Assembly (NCBI GenBank): GCA_951406725.2
Contig: OX597820.1
Coordinates: forward strand, 98,208,001-98,272,000
DNA from: Octopus vulgaris
Lineage: Eukaryota
Reading direction: 5' to 3'
DNA: 64,000 nucleotides
The notes beneath the pieces are model-generated. The model worked only from the letters and a program-made list of their open reading frames with translations. It did no database searches and had not been told where the DNA came from. Made by a program: the position numbers and the translations under genes. Of this stretch, positions 1 through 12,919 are shown piece by piece; positions within the stretch are counted from its first letter, which is position 1; the number at the start of each line of letters is the position of its first letter.

Positions 1-207
1 GATAAGGCTCATGCTAGTGTTGGTAGTGGGGGTGATGATGAAGCTGATGCTGACGATAATGATGAGGTGGAGAAGGATGATGATGTTGATGATGGTGATG
101 AGGAGGATGATGACATTGATGATGTTGATGACGTAGATTGTGGTGATCATGATTCAGAATTAATATGGTGATGATAATGATGATGATGTTGTCACAGTTG
201 CTTCTCC

Positions 208-241
<34 letters not shown>

Positions 242-320
242 ATGATGATGATGATGATGGAATGGAGCCTACGTCGCCGCCGCCGACGACGACGACAATG
301 AAAATGATGCTGATGGTGAA
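1..320. repeat. degenerate (GAT)n microsatellite
   Basis: Runs of gatgatgat with substitutions. Confidence 0.85.
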
Positions 321-739
321 GTGGTTTTTTAAATCAAATGAAAATTATGAAATAAGCGATGTTTTTTTTTTTTACGATTATGCCGAAGGTAATAATTAGC
401 GATTGTTTGAAATCTCAAAAGATTTGGAATATAAATGACACAAAAAACATATATTTATAAAACTGTTGCTTGACAGATATACCAACGTTAGTATCTGTTT
501 CCATTATATAGTGAGTCGAACTCGATAATGTAAACCTATCTAGTCGGATTCTCTGTTGTTTTATCAAAGTTTGGACTCTAGAGTAATTCGTAAAAAGTTA
601 CAGAGGATTATTTGACATGAGGAGTTAAAAGTTAATGTTCCCCGAATTATCCCAAGTGTATTACCCGGCTATCGGGGATTCTAGTTATTAATTATTCGGT
701 TTTCGAATTTCTATTTTTATATCGTTTTGTAATGTCCTT

Positions 740-1140
740 ATATTTGTAGCGTCTCTCTTTGATCGACGTTAACCCACCTTGCATGTGGGCTGTGTCTCAT
801 CCTTTCATATTACCCTCCATTTGGAAAACAAAAGGTTTTAGCAGAAAAGAGCATCATCATCATGTTGAAATATCTGCATACCTGGGTTATCAAATCTAAC
901 TTCAGATATTTGCAATATTTCTATGTAAAATACATTACGATCAGTTTGACATTGCATAACCATTAGATATGTCATACATGGATGTGTAGAATCAACAGCC
1001 ACAGGAGAGAAATAAATATCATAAATTTCATAAGTTAATATTGTAAACCAAAGAGACAGTTTATAGCTTACATTGACAAAACACCATTTATTTTCTACCT
1101 CTTTCTCTTTCTGAAAAAGGTATCGTGTCCGAAACATCAC
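740..1140 (+). mobile_element. possible degraded Penelope-like element 3' end (GIY-YIG tail + hammerhead-like motif)
   Basis: Broken + frame reads about ENKR..EKSIIIMLKYLH..., resembling a PLE endonuclease C-terminus. It is followed by CTGAAAA-A-GG(tatcgtgt)CC-GAAACATC at 1111-1138, a decayed minimal hammerhead layout. Confidence 0.35.
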
Positions 1141-1707
1141 CTTACAAATTTCAGGTCCTCCAGGATATTCATTGTAGTTTAATTGAAAGCCCCTCTCTCA
1201 GTCATGTCTCCATTTTCTCCTATGTAATATAACAGATCTATACATTTTATCCTTACGAGTTGGATGTTGGTGAAATTTGTTGAGTGTGAAGCTGCGTATT
1301 TAGTTGTTTCTGTCCTGGATATTATTCCATCAGTGTTTTTTTTCTTCTTTTTTTTACTCTTAGTGGGTGTTACATAGTAATGCCGGTGTATTTGCTGTGG
1401 ATTTAGCGTTGTTTGGGATTGATGTGTAGTTGTTATTGTTTTGTGCTATGTTCCTTTTGTTTTTAGTACTTTTAAAGTTTTTATGCTATTATTTTCCACA
1501 CCGTCATCGCCAGAGAAATGATTAGAAGACTCTGACTTAGAGGGATCAATAACATTATTTTTTAGTGTGTCTGCGCAGAAGGGGCGAAACATGAGCAAGA
1601 GTTGACAGTGATTACTTGGAATAGGCCAATGGATGGAGATTAATTTGTTATAGTACTTATTTTCCGTCAATTCAGTAATTACTGCGGAAGAATTTCACAG
1701 ATTTTGT

Positions 1708-1860
1708 TGGAGCACCGCCTTTAGTCGAGCAAATCGACCCTAGGACTTATTCTTTGTAAGCCTAGTACTTATTCTATCAGTCTCTTTTGCCGAACCTCTA
1801 AGTTACGTGGGTGTAAACACAACAGCGCCGGTTGCCAAGTGATGTTGGAGGACTAACGCA

Positions 1861-1910
<50 letters not shown>

Positions 1911-2066
1911 CATATATACGACGGGTTCTTTGAGTTTCCGTCCACCAAATCCACTCACAAGGCTGTAGTAGAAGACACTTGCCCAAGGTGCCACGCAGTG
2001 GGGCTGAACCCGGAACCATGTGGTTCGTAAGCAAGCTACTTACCACACAGTCACTCCTACGCCTAT
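1708..2066 (-). mobile_element. tRNA-derived SINE family 1 (internal microsatellite)
   Basis: Reverse complement of the repeat at 28979, 33889 and 38967. It has a tRNA-like head (GGCGTAGGAGTG..TGTGGTAAG..GGTTCAG), a central CCTTGGGCAAG and an internal (CA)n. Confidence 0.9.
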
Positions 2067-2656
2067 AGCAGTGAAACAAATTTTTTTTTGTAATTTGAAG
2101 TATTGTACGATGAAATCTCCCATTCTATGAGCAAATTTCTGTCTACAGTTGCTGTTGCTCCTGTTGCTTTTGTTAATGTAGTAGTAGTAGTAGTAGTAGT
2201 TGCTGCTGCTATTTTCAATTGCAACTGTTTGGAATTTGAGCTTTCATCTCTTGGAACAAATTTCTCCTCTCCTTCCATGTGCAAGGTAAAGACGAAGAGA
2301 CATAAGAAGCGCAGCATCTGTTTTTGCGAGACCCGTCCTACTTCTTCCTTTAGTTTGCTAACTGCGGAACCTAATGCTATGTTTTTTAAGACAAACATCT
2401 TCAAAATTTTGCAAAATGCATGAAGCCCAAATTAGTGAAATACAGAAAAGGACAACAACCCTCTTTGTTGTGACAACCTTAGAAACTTTATATACTAAAA
2501 ATTGCAAAAATGTATCAGCATTTGAACATGTAAAAAGACGAAAAAGCAAACGAGAGACTTGAAGCAACGTGTCGCAGTTATTACCGCCGCAACAACAACG
2601 ACAGCGATAAGAACGATGATGATGATGATGATGATGATAAGTATAATAATCATAAT

Positions 2657-3654
2657 GAGTATAAGGATTGAAAGGAGAACGCTTGCCGTGTATTTGATAA
2701 AGAGTGATGAAGACCTGCTGCAATATGCCTCGAAAGATATGGGTGTAAATGCAGACGAAATGATAAGCAAGGAGGAGTTTTACCAAAGAGCCGAGGAGAA
2801 GAGAAAGAAGACCTTGAAATGAGAATGCATGGACAGTTTCAAAGGAATACACAAGACGTTAAGGATAATACAGCATCGTGGGCATGGCTTGAGCGTGGTA
2901 ATTTGAAGCGTATCACCGAAAACCTGATCATTGCTGCACAAGAGCAGGTTCTCGCTACCAATTCAGTGAAGTATAACATCTATAAAACTTCTGACACCCA
3001 GAAATGCAGACTCTGTGGAAAGAGTGTGGAAAATGTGACCCACTTGGTGAGTGGATGTAAGAGCCTTTCAAAAAAAGGAATGCAAGCGCCGCCACGATAA
3101 AGTGTGTGTGTATCTTCATTGGCTCTTATGCCGTAAATACCCAATAGGAAGTAGCAGAGAACCGGTATGAGCATGTACCAAGTAAAGTTATGCAGGAGGG
3201 TGGAGAAGTAACGATACTCTGGGACTATGATTTTCAGACGGATCGTGTAATCGAACACCATCGGCCGGATATTGTCATATTGAATAAGAGAGACAAATAC
3301 TGTCAGATCATTGATGTAGCCATACGAAATGACATGTACGTTGTGAGTGAGGTGGTTGAAAAAATCACCAAGTACCCCGAATTGAAAGTGGAAATGGCAA
3401 GACTGCATGGAATGCAAGAAGGTAATATAAAAGTGATACCAGTTGTGATCGGAGCGTTGGGCTCAATCCCATTGAAACTTCAAGATTTCTTAAGGCAACT
3501 GGAAATCCCATGCAAGACTGATGTCTTGTAAAAAGTAGCTTTATTGGGCAAAGCGCACATCTTAAAGAAAATATTATCTGTCTGAGGTCCTTCTTGTAAC
3601 TTGACAGATGACTAAAGACTCCGGTGCAGCTTTATCTACACTGTGTTACGAATG
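2657..3654 (+). mobile_element. 5'-truncated, frameshifted R4/Dong-type RLE non-LTR retrotransposon (family A)
   Basis: ORF pieces 2819-3100 (MHGQF, AAQEQ, CRLCGKSVENVTHLVSGC zinc knuckle) and 3190-3531 (ILWD..HRPDIV..IIDVA..EKITKY..PVVIGALG, a PD-(D/E)xK RLE). Flanked by AAT-rich sequence. Confidence 0.92.
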
Positions 3655-3675
3655 AATAGTAATAATGATAATTAT

Positions 3676-4156
3676 AGTGTTAACATGTACATGTTTGTGT
3701 TGGTGTAGAAGATAAGTTATACCAAATATTCTACTCAATATCGCAGATTTGCTTGTCAGTTGCTCGATTACCCGCTGAACATGACTCTTACTGACTGACG
3801 GTTTTAGCATCTCTGATCATGAACAGGAGTAGTTGGGAAGTATAATTGCCATGTGCTAAGAGGGATTCTTTAGGGTTTAAATAATTCACCTCAGGAAACA
3901 TGGATGTTTCGTTCACCATCTTTAAGCAACCATTATTGAGGGACCTTTTGAGTGAATTGCGCTCCTCGACCTGAAGAAATTTCTAACTGAGCTTACCTGC
4001 AAGGTCATGTGCCGTTTCTTTTCATATGAGGCGCGATATGGTTGTGATGCATGTGTCTGGTACTCCCCTATCAAACACGTAGTCATAAGCGGTATATTGG
4101 ACTACGTATATTTGTATCCCAGTGTAACTTTGATGGTATGCTCTGCTCTCCTGCTC
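3676..4156 (+). mobile_element. non-coding AAT-targeted element X, diverged copy
   Basis: Homologous to 35941-36448, 51101-51535 and 14849-14958. Ends ...ctc followed by AAT/GAT repeats. Confidence 0.75.
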
Positions 4157-4270
4157 AATAATGATGATGATGATCATGATCATGATGATGATTATGATGA
4201 TGATTATGATGATGATGATAATAATAATAATGATAATATCAACAACAACAACAACAACAACAACAACTAC

Positions 4271-4333
<63 letters not shown>
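4157..4333. repeat. compound (GAT)/(AAC)/(AAT)n microsatellite
   Basis: Directly visible. Confidence 0.95.
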
Positions 4334-4334
4334 T

Positions 4335-4506
4335 GGGGGAGAGCATAAGTCGATTACAGTTTTTCATTGGTACTTAATTTATTGACCCCGAACGAATGGG
4401 AAGGCAAAGTCAACCTCGGCAGAATTTGAACTCTGAACGTAAAGACGTAAGAAATGATGCTAAGCATTTTACCCGGCGTGTTAACGATCCTGCCAGCTCG
4501 CTGCCT
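4335..4506 (-). mobile_element. tRNA-derived SINE family 2
   Basis: Reverse complement reads GGCAGCGAGCTGGCAGGATCGTTAAC...GAGTTCAAATTCTGCCGAGG (A/B box-like). Homologues at 8690, 16640, 59145 and 63775. Confidence 0.85.
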
Positions 4507-4907
4507 TAATAACAACAACAACAACAACAACAATAATAAAAACAACAACAACGACATCAGCCTTAGTATATGAAATTGGAGGCTAAGTGAACTGAAAATG
4601 TATAATGAAAAAAATTCAGGTAACTACTGATAGCGTACGGAAGTTACTCCCACTCCTACAAATCAGATAGAGACCAGATATGCTTACCCTGATACGAATA
4701 GAAAACTATCATAAAATAACGATTGGACTGAAAATAATACTTAATAAAGAAATGCTGGAAGTCTGATAAATCTCATAAGGAAGCATGAAAATATCAAAAT
4801 ACTTTCCTTACGAAAAAGGAAACATTAAAGTGCAAAATAGAAACAAACTACACTAAAACAAAAAAAAAGTAGAGAAAAACAACAACAACAACAAAACTAA
4901 AGCAAAA

Positions 4908-5765
4908 GATGTTTCTTTATTAGCCACACAGGGCTGCACACAGACGGGACAAATTACAAGGTAGAGCTTATCTTTTTGGGGATAAAAAAAGGGGGTTTGG
5001 TTTTCGATCAAAAGGGATCGTAAAAGGAAAGAAAGAGGAAAGCAAAAAAAAGTGGGGTGGAATAAAAGGAAAAAGAAAAAATCGATCAATAGGGATCGTT
5101 ATCACAGAAATGTCAATATAAAGTGTGAAGGGGAGGACAGGTGAGGTTTACCCGTGGAAAGAAAAGTTTACGGAAAAGACCACGGTAACCTCGGTCAATG
5201 AAGTCACATGTTATATTTTTTTACAAAGCAACTCTCTGTATTAATTTTTATGGTTCATAGGATCATGGTCAAGGTGACTTCGTCATTCATACGTGCCATC
5301 CTTGCTACATTCACCCATCTTTTTTTAAAACATTCACTAGACAACACTTGCCTCTCTACTCTCAATTTACTCTTCAAGTGATACTTGAAAAAGTTGATGA
5401 GAGATTGACCAGAGAGGAAAGTGTTTGTCTCTAATCCTTTCAGGCGCGTCCACCAGATACATTATTTCGCCATAGCTACTAGTATGATAAAAATAGCTCT
5501 TCCTTCCCGTTTGAAGGAAGGAGGCGTGACGATGTTAACGATAGACTCGGCTTATAAACCGACACGTCCCACACGTGACACAGTCGTTCGACATAAGCCC
5601 ACAAGTCGGAGATTGTTGGAGACTGCACGATTGCGTGCAGAACGGTTTCGTCGCTCTGCCCGCATCTCGGGGAAGGTCGGCCCCGTGTTTCTCGAGCCAT
5701 GCCTATAGAGCTTATCCCGAACGGGTAGCGCTTCTCGGTAGCACTGCCAGGCCAGACGTTCGAAA
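4908..5765 (-). mobile_element. 5'-truncated L1/Tx1-clade LINE (ORF2 C-terminal zinc finger + 3' UTR)
   Basis: Minus frames give LAWQCYREALPVRDKL..GPT.PRCGQSDETVLHAIVQ.P..W (zf-RVT CCHC type) and ..CIWWTRLK..KKRW. An AATAAA lies near 4916-4921, then a (TTG)n tract. Confidence 0.85.
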
Positions 5766-5904
5766 AGATGCTTAAAATACATGCAAGGAGAATTATAAAA
5801 CATAGAAAAAGAGAGATACAGGATTTCCTGGAGCGTTCCGCTCTTAAGTGTAAGGATGTGATAAGAACGCCATTTTGAATGCACGTCCGAATTGAAGATG
5901 AATA

Positions 5905-6030
5905 CTCTTTTAATTGTTTCAGTCATTTGACTGTGGCCATGCTGGAGCACCACCTTTAGTCCAGCAAATCGACCCTATTCTTTGTAAGCCTAGTACTTAT
6001 TCTATCGGTCTCTTTTGCCGAACCGCCAAG
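5905..6030 (-). mobile_element. SINE family 1, 3' fragment
   Basis: Matches the tail of the full copies (gtttcagtcatttgact..gctggagcacc..tctttgtaagcctagtac). Confidence 0.85.
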
Positions 6031-6295
6031 TTGCACTTTGGTTTAAAATGATCGTTATTTACTCGAAAGGGTGCATTATGCATACCGAATTAATATGAAA
6101 GTGGAAATATGTCTGGTTACGAGTTTATACAAATGAATAGTTATCAGTACGATGAACTCTATGTGCATATTTAAGAAATTTATTAAAATGGCGCAGTTTC
6201 TTTCTGTGGGAGGACATATCTCTGGTGGTAAACATCGTCTAAACGACTGAAAAATACAAAATTACTTTTCATCTATCTCTCTATTTACGTATATG

Positions 6296-6296
<1 letters not shown>

Positions 6297-6364
<68 letters not shown>

Positions 6365-6445
6365 TTGTCTGTTTGTGTATCTATGTACCTATCTTTACTA
6401 TAGTCTTGCAGATGCACAGTTGAGCACATCTTTACTAGCTCTCTC

Positions 6446-6483
<38 letters not shown>

Positions 6484-6695
6484 CTATCTGTCCGCGTCTC
6501 TCTCTTTCTAAATATCCATTTATCCTTGCATCTATATATCGGTCTATCTGTGTGTTTGTCTGTCTGTCCGGCTCTGTATGTCTGTCTCCTTGACCACACA
6601 TCCATCCATCCATCCATCCATCCATTCATCTATCCATCCATCCATCCATCCATCCATCCATCCATCCATCCATCCATCCATCCATCCAACCATCC

Positions 6696-6787
<92 letters not shown>

Positions 6788-7217
6788 GAATGTTTCTTTT
6801 ATCTTTTCCGTTTTTCTCTCTTCCCACTTTACACACTCTACTGAAAAAAAGTCAATGACCAAAACGGCATAGCAATTATCTGTTTTCATATCTATGAGCC
6901 TCAAATAACTAACTTTCGTAATGATCTAATCCTATCTTGTTTCTTACTGTTGTTGTTTTTGTTGTTCCTATATATATACATATCTAGACGCATATATATG
7001 CATGCTTACACACATACATGCACACAAACACAAACAGAGCATACTCATGCTCATGTACCATATGTTCATACACATATGCATTGTACTGCCATGTATTTCT
7101 ATATGAAATATATACATTATATATATTATATATACGTACACACACACATATATATATATATATATGTATGTATATATTTATATGTTCATATACGTGCTTA
7201 TAGATCCACATGTGTTC

Positions 7218-7270
<53 letters not shown>

Positions 7271-7275
7271 TCCGT

Positions 7276-7320
<45 letters not shown>

Positions 7321-7414
7321 TATATCTATATCTCTCTATACATACAAACATTCAAATATATGTATATATATGCAGTTATATATATACATACACATATATA
7401 TTTATGTACATATG

Positions 7415-7470
<56 letters not shown>
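6297..7470. repeat. microsatellite field: (CTAT)n, (CT)n, (CCAT)n, (TA)n
   Basis: Directly visible; explains the ORF-track entries here. Confidence 0.9.
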
Positions 7471-7475
<5 letters not shown>

Positions 7476-7807
7476 CACATATATATGGTATATTCATGTG
7501 TTTATATGTCAAAAATCTATCCCATTTGTCATCATGGTAAACTTAACCATATTCAGTGAGAAGCTGTTTCTTTGATTTCGTTACCCGTTAGAGACCAACG
7601 CCCTGACTATTAGAATATTCAGTTACTTTATAATGAGAGGTTTGTAACAAACACATTACAAAACAAAAACGAAATAAAACAAGACAAATATGTAAACAAA
7701 AACAAAATCAGTGAGGATTTTAATATCATGAATAAATAAAGATAGAAATAATGATAAGAATAATATAACGACGTATATTTCTCACGTAGATATGAAACCA
7801 AAGCTTT

Positions 7808-7848
<41 letters not shown>

Positions 7849-7906
7849 GTATATACATATATATTATCCCTATCTCTCTCACTCTCTCTCTCTCTCTTTC
7901 TCTCTG

Positions 7907-7951
<45 letters not shown>

Positions 7952-8232
7952 ACACACATACATACGAGGTGAAATGGGAATACATAATTCTCATACCTTT
8001 TCCCTGGGGTATTCTTGCAGTAATTGAATTGAATTTAAACTGGATTCGATCCTAGTTTTCCGACACGTATCAAGAGAGTCTACGCGACAACCATGCTGTC
8101 CATATTGTTGCACTAAATTTAACGCTTTCAATCTTGGATACAAGGCTAAAACTTGTTTAGAGACTAAAGGAGGACCTCTTTTCATGATCGTTGAATGTAC
8201 TATGAATAGCAAGATAATATACTTCTAATTAA

Positions 8233-8451
8233 CCTTTTAGCCTTCAAATCGAAAATATTCAGCCAAAATATTTAACTTGTTTTACGTTTAGACTAGCCAG
8301 ATATGGCTTCTGCCGTCTACCCTATAATTTCATTCTAAAATTAAAAATCACATCATCAAAATCTCTAAGCTACAAGATAATGCAGAATTAATTGAAAATA
8401 ATAGGAATAAATAAACAATGCATTTGGCAAAATAATCTGAATGCTAAAGGG
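8233..8451. mobile_element. piggyBac-type MITE
   Basis: TTAA on both sides (8229-8232, 8452-8455). Imperfect terminal inverted repeats CCTTTTAGCCTTCAAAT / ATCTGAATGCTAAAGGG. Confidence 0.75.
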
Positions 8452-8687
8452 TTAAACCTATTTTATAAAAAAATCCCTAGCTTTTGACCTATGAAGGGAT
8501 AAATAAAATACAAAAAAATATAGTAATAGTTTCAGTAACTTATTAACTAATTGAATAAATCATGGCTGTCTTAAAAATGTGACCTTATTTGCGGACCGAC
8601 GATAAGTCTCTACACGAACCCTTGATTTCCTAGAAGTAGCAAGTTAATTATCCTCAAATGTCATGGAAGGGAGACATCTTACAGAAT

Positions 8688-8912
8688 TCTTTCTACTATA
8701 GGCACCAGGCCTGAATTTTTTTCTTTTGGGTGGCGGTGAGGGGAGAGGTGGAGCTGGTTGATTAAATCGACGACAATTTTCAGCTGGAACTTATTAATAA
8801 AAGCTGAAAGATAAAATCAACTCGGCGGAATTTTATCCCAAAATTTAAAGGCGGACGAAATGCTTCCCAGTACTTTGTCTGGTATGCTAACGATTCCGTC
8901 AGCTTTTTGCTT
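8688..8912 (-). mobile_element. SINE family 2, diverged
   Basis: Similar to 16640-16828 and 63775-63965. Confidence 0.65.
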
Positions 8913-9294
8913 TAAAAGACGCCTTACCAAATGTGGTTCTAGATGCACTGTAGTCCTAAACATGCAGAAAAGAGATGATAGCCGGAACATATTTCAATAA
9001 CTTCTTGGTTGGATTGGGGCATGCCCTGGACGCATGCAAAGTAAAGGTGACCTCGGCTGTGTTTGAACTAAGAACGCAAAAATATACCAGAAAATACTGC
9101 AAAATGTTTTGTCCTTCAGTCAAGCGATTCTCTTAATACATCAGCTAACGCTAATCATAATTAATACATATGTCGATATAGCGTATATATTTATCGTTTG
9201 AATTACCTCCAATGAGAAGAGACAGCATCAATTCCAGTAATGTTTTAATAAAAACGCCAAACATATAATTACATATATATTAGAAACAAGAACA

Positions 9295-9511
9295 GGCGTG
9301 GATATATAATAAGAAGCTTGCTTCCCAACTACATGGTTCCGAGTTCAGTTCCACCTTGAGCACCTTGAGCGAGAATATTCTACTATAGTGTATATATGTG
9401 TGTATGTTTGTGTGAGTGTATACATACACACACACACACATACATACATACATACATACATACTTACATACATACATACAAACATACATACATACATAAA
9501 TGCATACATAC

Positions 9512-9562
<51 letters not shown>

Positions 9563-10160
9563 GGGGCAAATGGGGCACAAACACAATGACACGCGGTTAC
9601 ATACACACGCAAACGCACACACATAACACACTAGAAAAAACTTCTTCCCCAAAAAAGATTGGTAACATTCTCATAATAGGTTTCATAACATTTTAAAAAA
9701 ATTTATGTTTTTTAAAAATCACCTGTGCACTTTAAAAACTGTTAATACCCCTTGATTTTCAAACATATATATATATATATATACACACACACAATTAATA
9801 TAGACAAGTGTCCAATGTTTCACCAAAAAGGAAAACTGTAATTGACTCTGAATATGACTAAGGTGTCCGAAACGCCTACTTTGCTAGAAATAAGAGGCAA
9901 AATTCTGTAATGCCGCAGTAAAATCACATAATTCTATACATATATACTGAAATATATATATCTTTTCCCACATGTGAGTGTATCTTTGAGTTTGTCGCCC
10001 GCCACGTCTTGGTGTTGGTCTGTTTACGTCCCCGTAACTGAGCGGTTCGGCATAAGATAGCAACAAAATAAGTAGAAGTCTAAGAAAAATCTGGGGTCGA
10101 TTTGTTCGAGCTGTGCCCCTGTATGGCGACAAACAAAAGACTGAAACAAGTAAAAAGATA
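9295..10160 (+). mobile_element. SINE family 1 fragments (head ~9295-9390, tail ~9985-10160) separated by microsatellites and other sequence
   Basis: Head: gcttgcttcccaact.catggttccgagttcagt. Tail: tgtttacgtccccgtaact.agcggttcggc..ggggtcgatttg..gactgaaacaagtaaaa. Confidence 0.6.
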
Positions 10161-10629
10161 AAATAAAAAAGGAGATTTTAATTCGCACATATGCGCGAAA
10201 TATCTCTAAGCTCGTGCTAACATGTATAATGCTAGAACGTTGAAAAGCTTACTTTGAACTCCGTGACATAGAACATTTCAGTAAGCTACGTGAAGCGCTG
10301 GTTTCATGTTCAATATCAGTATTCATAAAGATCATTACTGGCGACGGCTGTAGGCCACAAAATCACCCAGTGACGAAGGACACTTCAGCAAACAACACAA
10401 AGCAGTGACTTTCATGCTCTTCCGCAGTGTTTATACGGTGAATGAAATTGAATCCTTAATGTCGAATAGAATTTTAATTATTTCGTCCAATACAAGACAA
10501 CTCGGGAACTGCTTCTGGGTTTTTGTCATCATATTTACTATGTGGCATATTTAATGTTTTCTACATTGAATAAGTTGATACTAACTAAACGAAATAAATG
10601 TTTCAAAGCATGTTGTCTTGTTGTTGTTG

Positions 10630-10683
<54 letters not shown>

Positions 10684-11327
10684 ATTTTATGAAATACCAG
10701 CTTAATTTCATCATTAACAATTTAAAATATTTATGAACACATTAAACTTATCATAATGAAATCTATCTATTTTATTACAGGCGAGGAAACGCTCACGTAC
10801 ACGAAATAGACAGAAATTCAACCATGTACATAATCATACACACAGTGATATGCATAGAAACACATATTTACTCACATTTTGAAAAAAAAAATAATAAAGA
10901 AATAGCTGTCAAGGAGAGTGTAAATCTTCTGTATATTAATTTACACGAAGAAAAACCACACACAAATACACTAGTAATGAAACTTAGAATATGAGGAAAA
11001 TCATCTATACTTCGTGTGTGGCAAATTGAAAAAGCAGTTCCGGGATCGGTGGAAAGAAAAATTACAATATGTCGTTGTTGTCGATGTTGCTTAGATAAGA
11101 TCAGTGGCATACACCAACTGTGACAATCTCATTCTTTATAGATATCTAGAATTATATCAAACGCGATTTCTCTTATTCCGATCCGCTAAAACAATAAGGC
11201 AAGATTAATTTTAAACAGATCGAACGACGATGTCATAGATTATTTAATGGTGATTCTGTCTAAAATAGAAATATGCTCTGGGTGATTAAAATTTTATTTA
11301 TTAAATGAAAAATAGATAAATGTATTT

Positions 11328-11636
11328 CGTTTTGGGATTTGGTTTGCAAGATTCTTTATATGAGTTCGTGTGTTAAAGCATATTCTGTTGTGTCTGGGGA
11401 GAGTCATTCTCTTTTAGTGCCTTATTATTTAACACACTCACCGGTAAAATTTCCACTTATTTCTTTTTTATTTTCCTAAAATTTTCGTTGCGTCTTGCAA
11501 CCTTTTCAATAGTCTTGACTATTGCAAGACGCAACGAAAATTTCAGGAAAATAAAAAAGAAATAAGTGGAAATTTTACCGGTGAGTGTGTTAAATAATAA
11601 GGCACTAAAAGAGAATGACTCTCCCCAGACACAACA
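11328..11636. mobile_element. asymmetric palindromic insertion, probable Penelope-like inverted pLTR
   Basis: Near-perfect inverted arms at 11386-11500 and 11522-11636, with an unpaired extension at 11328-11385. Flanked by the 14-bp direct repeat AGATAAATGTATTT (11314-11327, 11637-11650). Confidence 0.7.
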
Positions 11637-12876
11637 AGATAAATGTATTTTACTGCAATATAAAATGTTTTTAAATAATAGATTAGTTCAATTAAATTGA
11701 ACATCGGTAATAAAAATGCTTTTGCCTGACTCTGAGCGAAATATGTGCCATATTATATAGTGGTTATGAAGGCATGCGACCTAGTGGTTAGCATATTCAC
11801 CTTATGACCATAAAGCCAAGAGTTGAATTCATGTTAATCCAGTCTCCTCTGCGATGAATAAGGACCAGTCAGGTACTGTTGCCGCTCTCCCTTTCCCTTC
11901 AGCTATAAAGTATCTCTATGTCCCGCTAGTTCACTACTGAACGGAGACCCAGAGAGAGGTTATGTCTGTATATGACTACATTAAGTACCTAAGCCAGTTA
12001 GTGAAAGCACGGTGATAGGCTACCAAGTAGTATTCGCAAGCGAGTGGTACTTGACTGTACGGTACTTTATGCAACGATAAAAACCTTGTGGATTGGTATC
12101 TAGTACTGCTTTATTCAATATAACCTCACAGTAGAACGCAATTTGAGGATATTTGGTTGCTAGGACGTTGAAACAAATATAATGACGAATAAGTTAAATA
12201 TATAAGAATCATAACAATAAACGTATGGGTTAACATTACGAATTATATGAGCTCTGTCTTGTCGAAACATAATTCGATTAAAGGGGGCCTAGCTTTGATA
12301 TTATTCCTCTTCTTTCCTATCGAGCATATGACTAATGTATCGTTCACTAAGGCAGTGATTAAAAAGGTGCCATTTGAAGGGGGTTTCGTTGCTGTTTCGT
12401 ACAGGTCAAGTGGCTACAGGCCTTTTTGATTCGTTGTTGATGATTTTCGTTAAGACAGCCCTGATTAATTAGTAACCTCAATCAACGACGCTCCAACTGT
12501 AATCGTCACGCCTTTTTGAATTTTTCAACTAAATATAGTTGACTTTAAATTATTTATTGTCCTTCACATTGTAAGAGGCTAGTGTGTGATTCGAATGAGG
12601 TTTGACTTCTGATTCTAGTACATCGAATGATAACATAAAGTTATTCGTTTCTTCGATTATAAAAGAATGATAAAAATAGATCCGACGGCTACGATTTAAG
12701 TATGTGTGTGATGCTCCTATGGCTCAATCACGTATCTGGTACCAGCATGTTCTAGAAAGGTATGAAAGACTATTCAATACTACTACTACTAAAACTACCA
12801 CCACCACCACCAGCACTATTACTACTACTACTACGACTTCTACTACTACTACGACGACGACGACAACGGCGACGAC

Positions 12877-12914
<38 letters not shown>

Positions 12915-12919
<5 letters not shown>

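Noticed and set aside
838-1260. Minus-strand DEAH-helicase-like snippets (LLYYIGENGDMTERG, KWCFVN)
   Set aside because: Short, interrupted by stops, with no splice signals or helicase core motifs; a TE remnant is more parsimonious.
2063-2423. Overlapping ORFs of 106-113 aa
   Set aside because: Held open partly by (GTA)/(GCT) repeats; no recognisable domain or clear splice sites.
9848-9880. Hammerhead-like CTGAATA..GTCC-GAAACGCC, with related sequence at about 35475-35535
   Set aside because: Core and stems carry several mismatches; too degraded to call.
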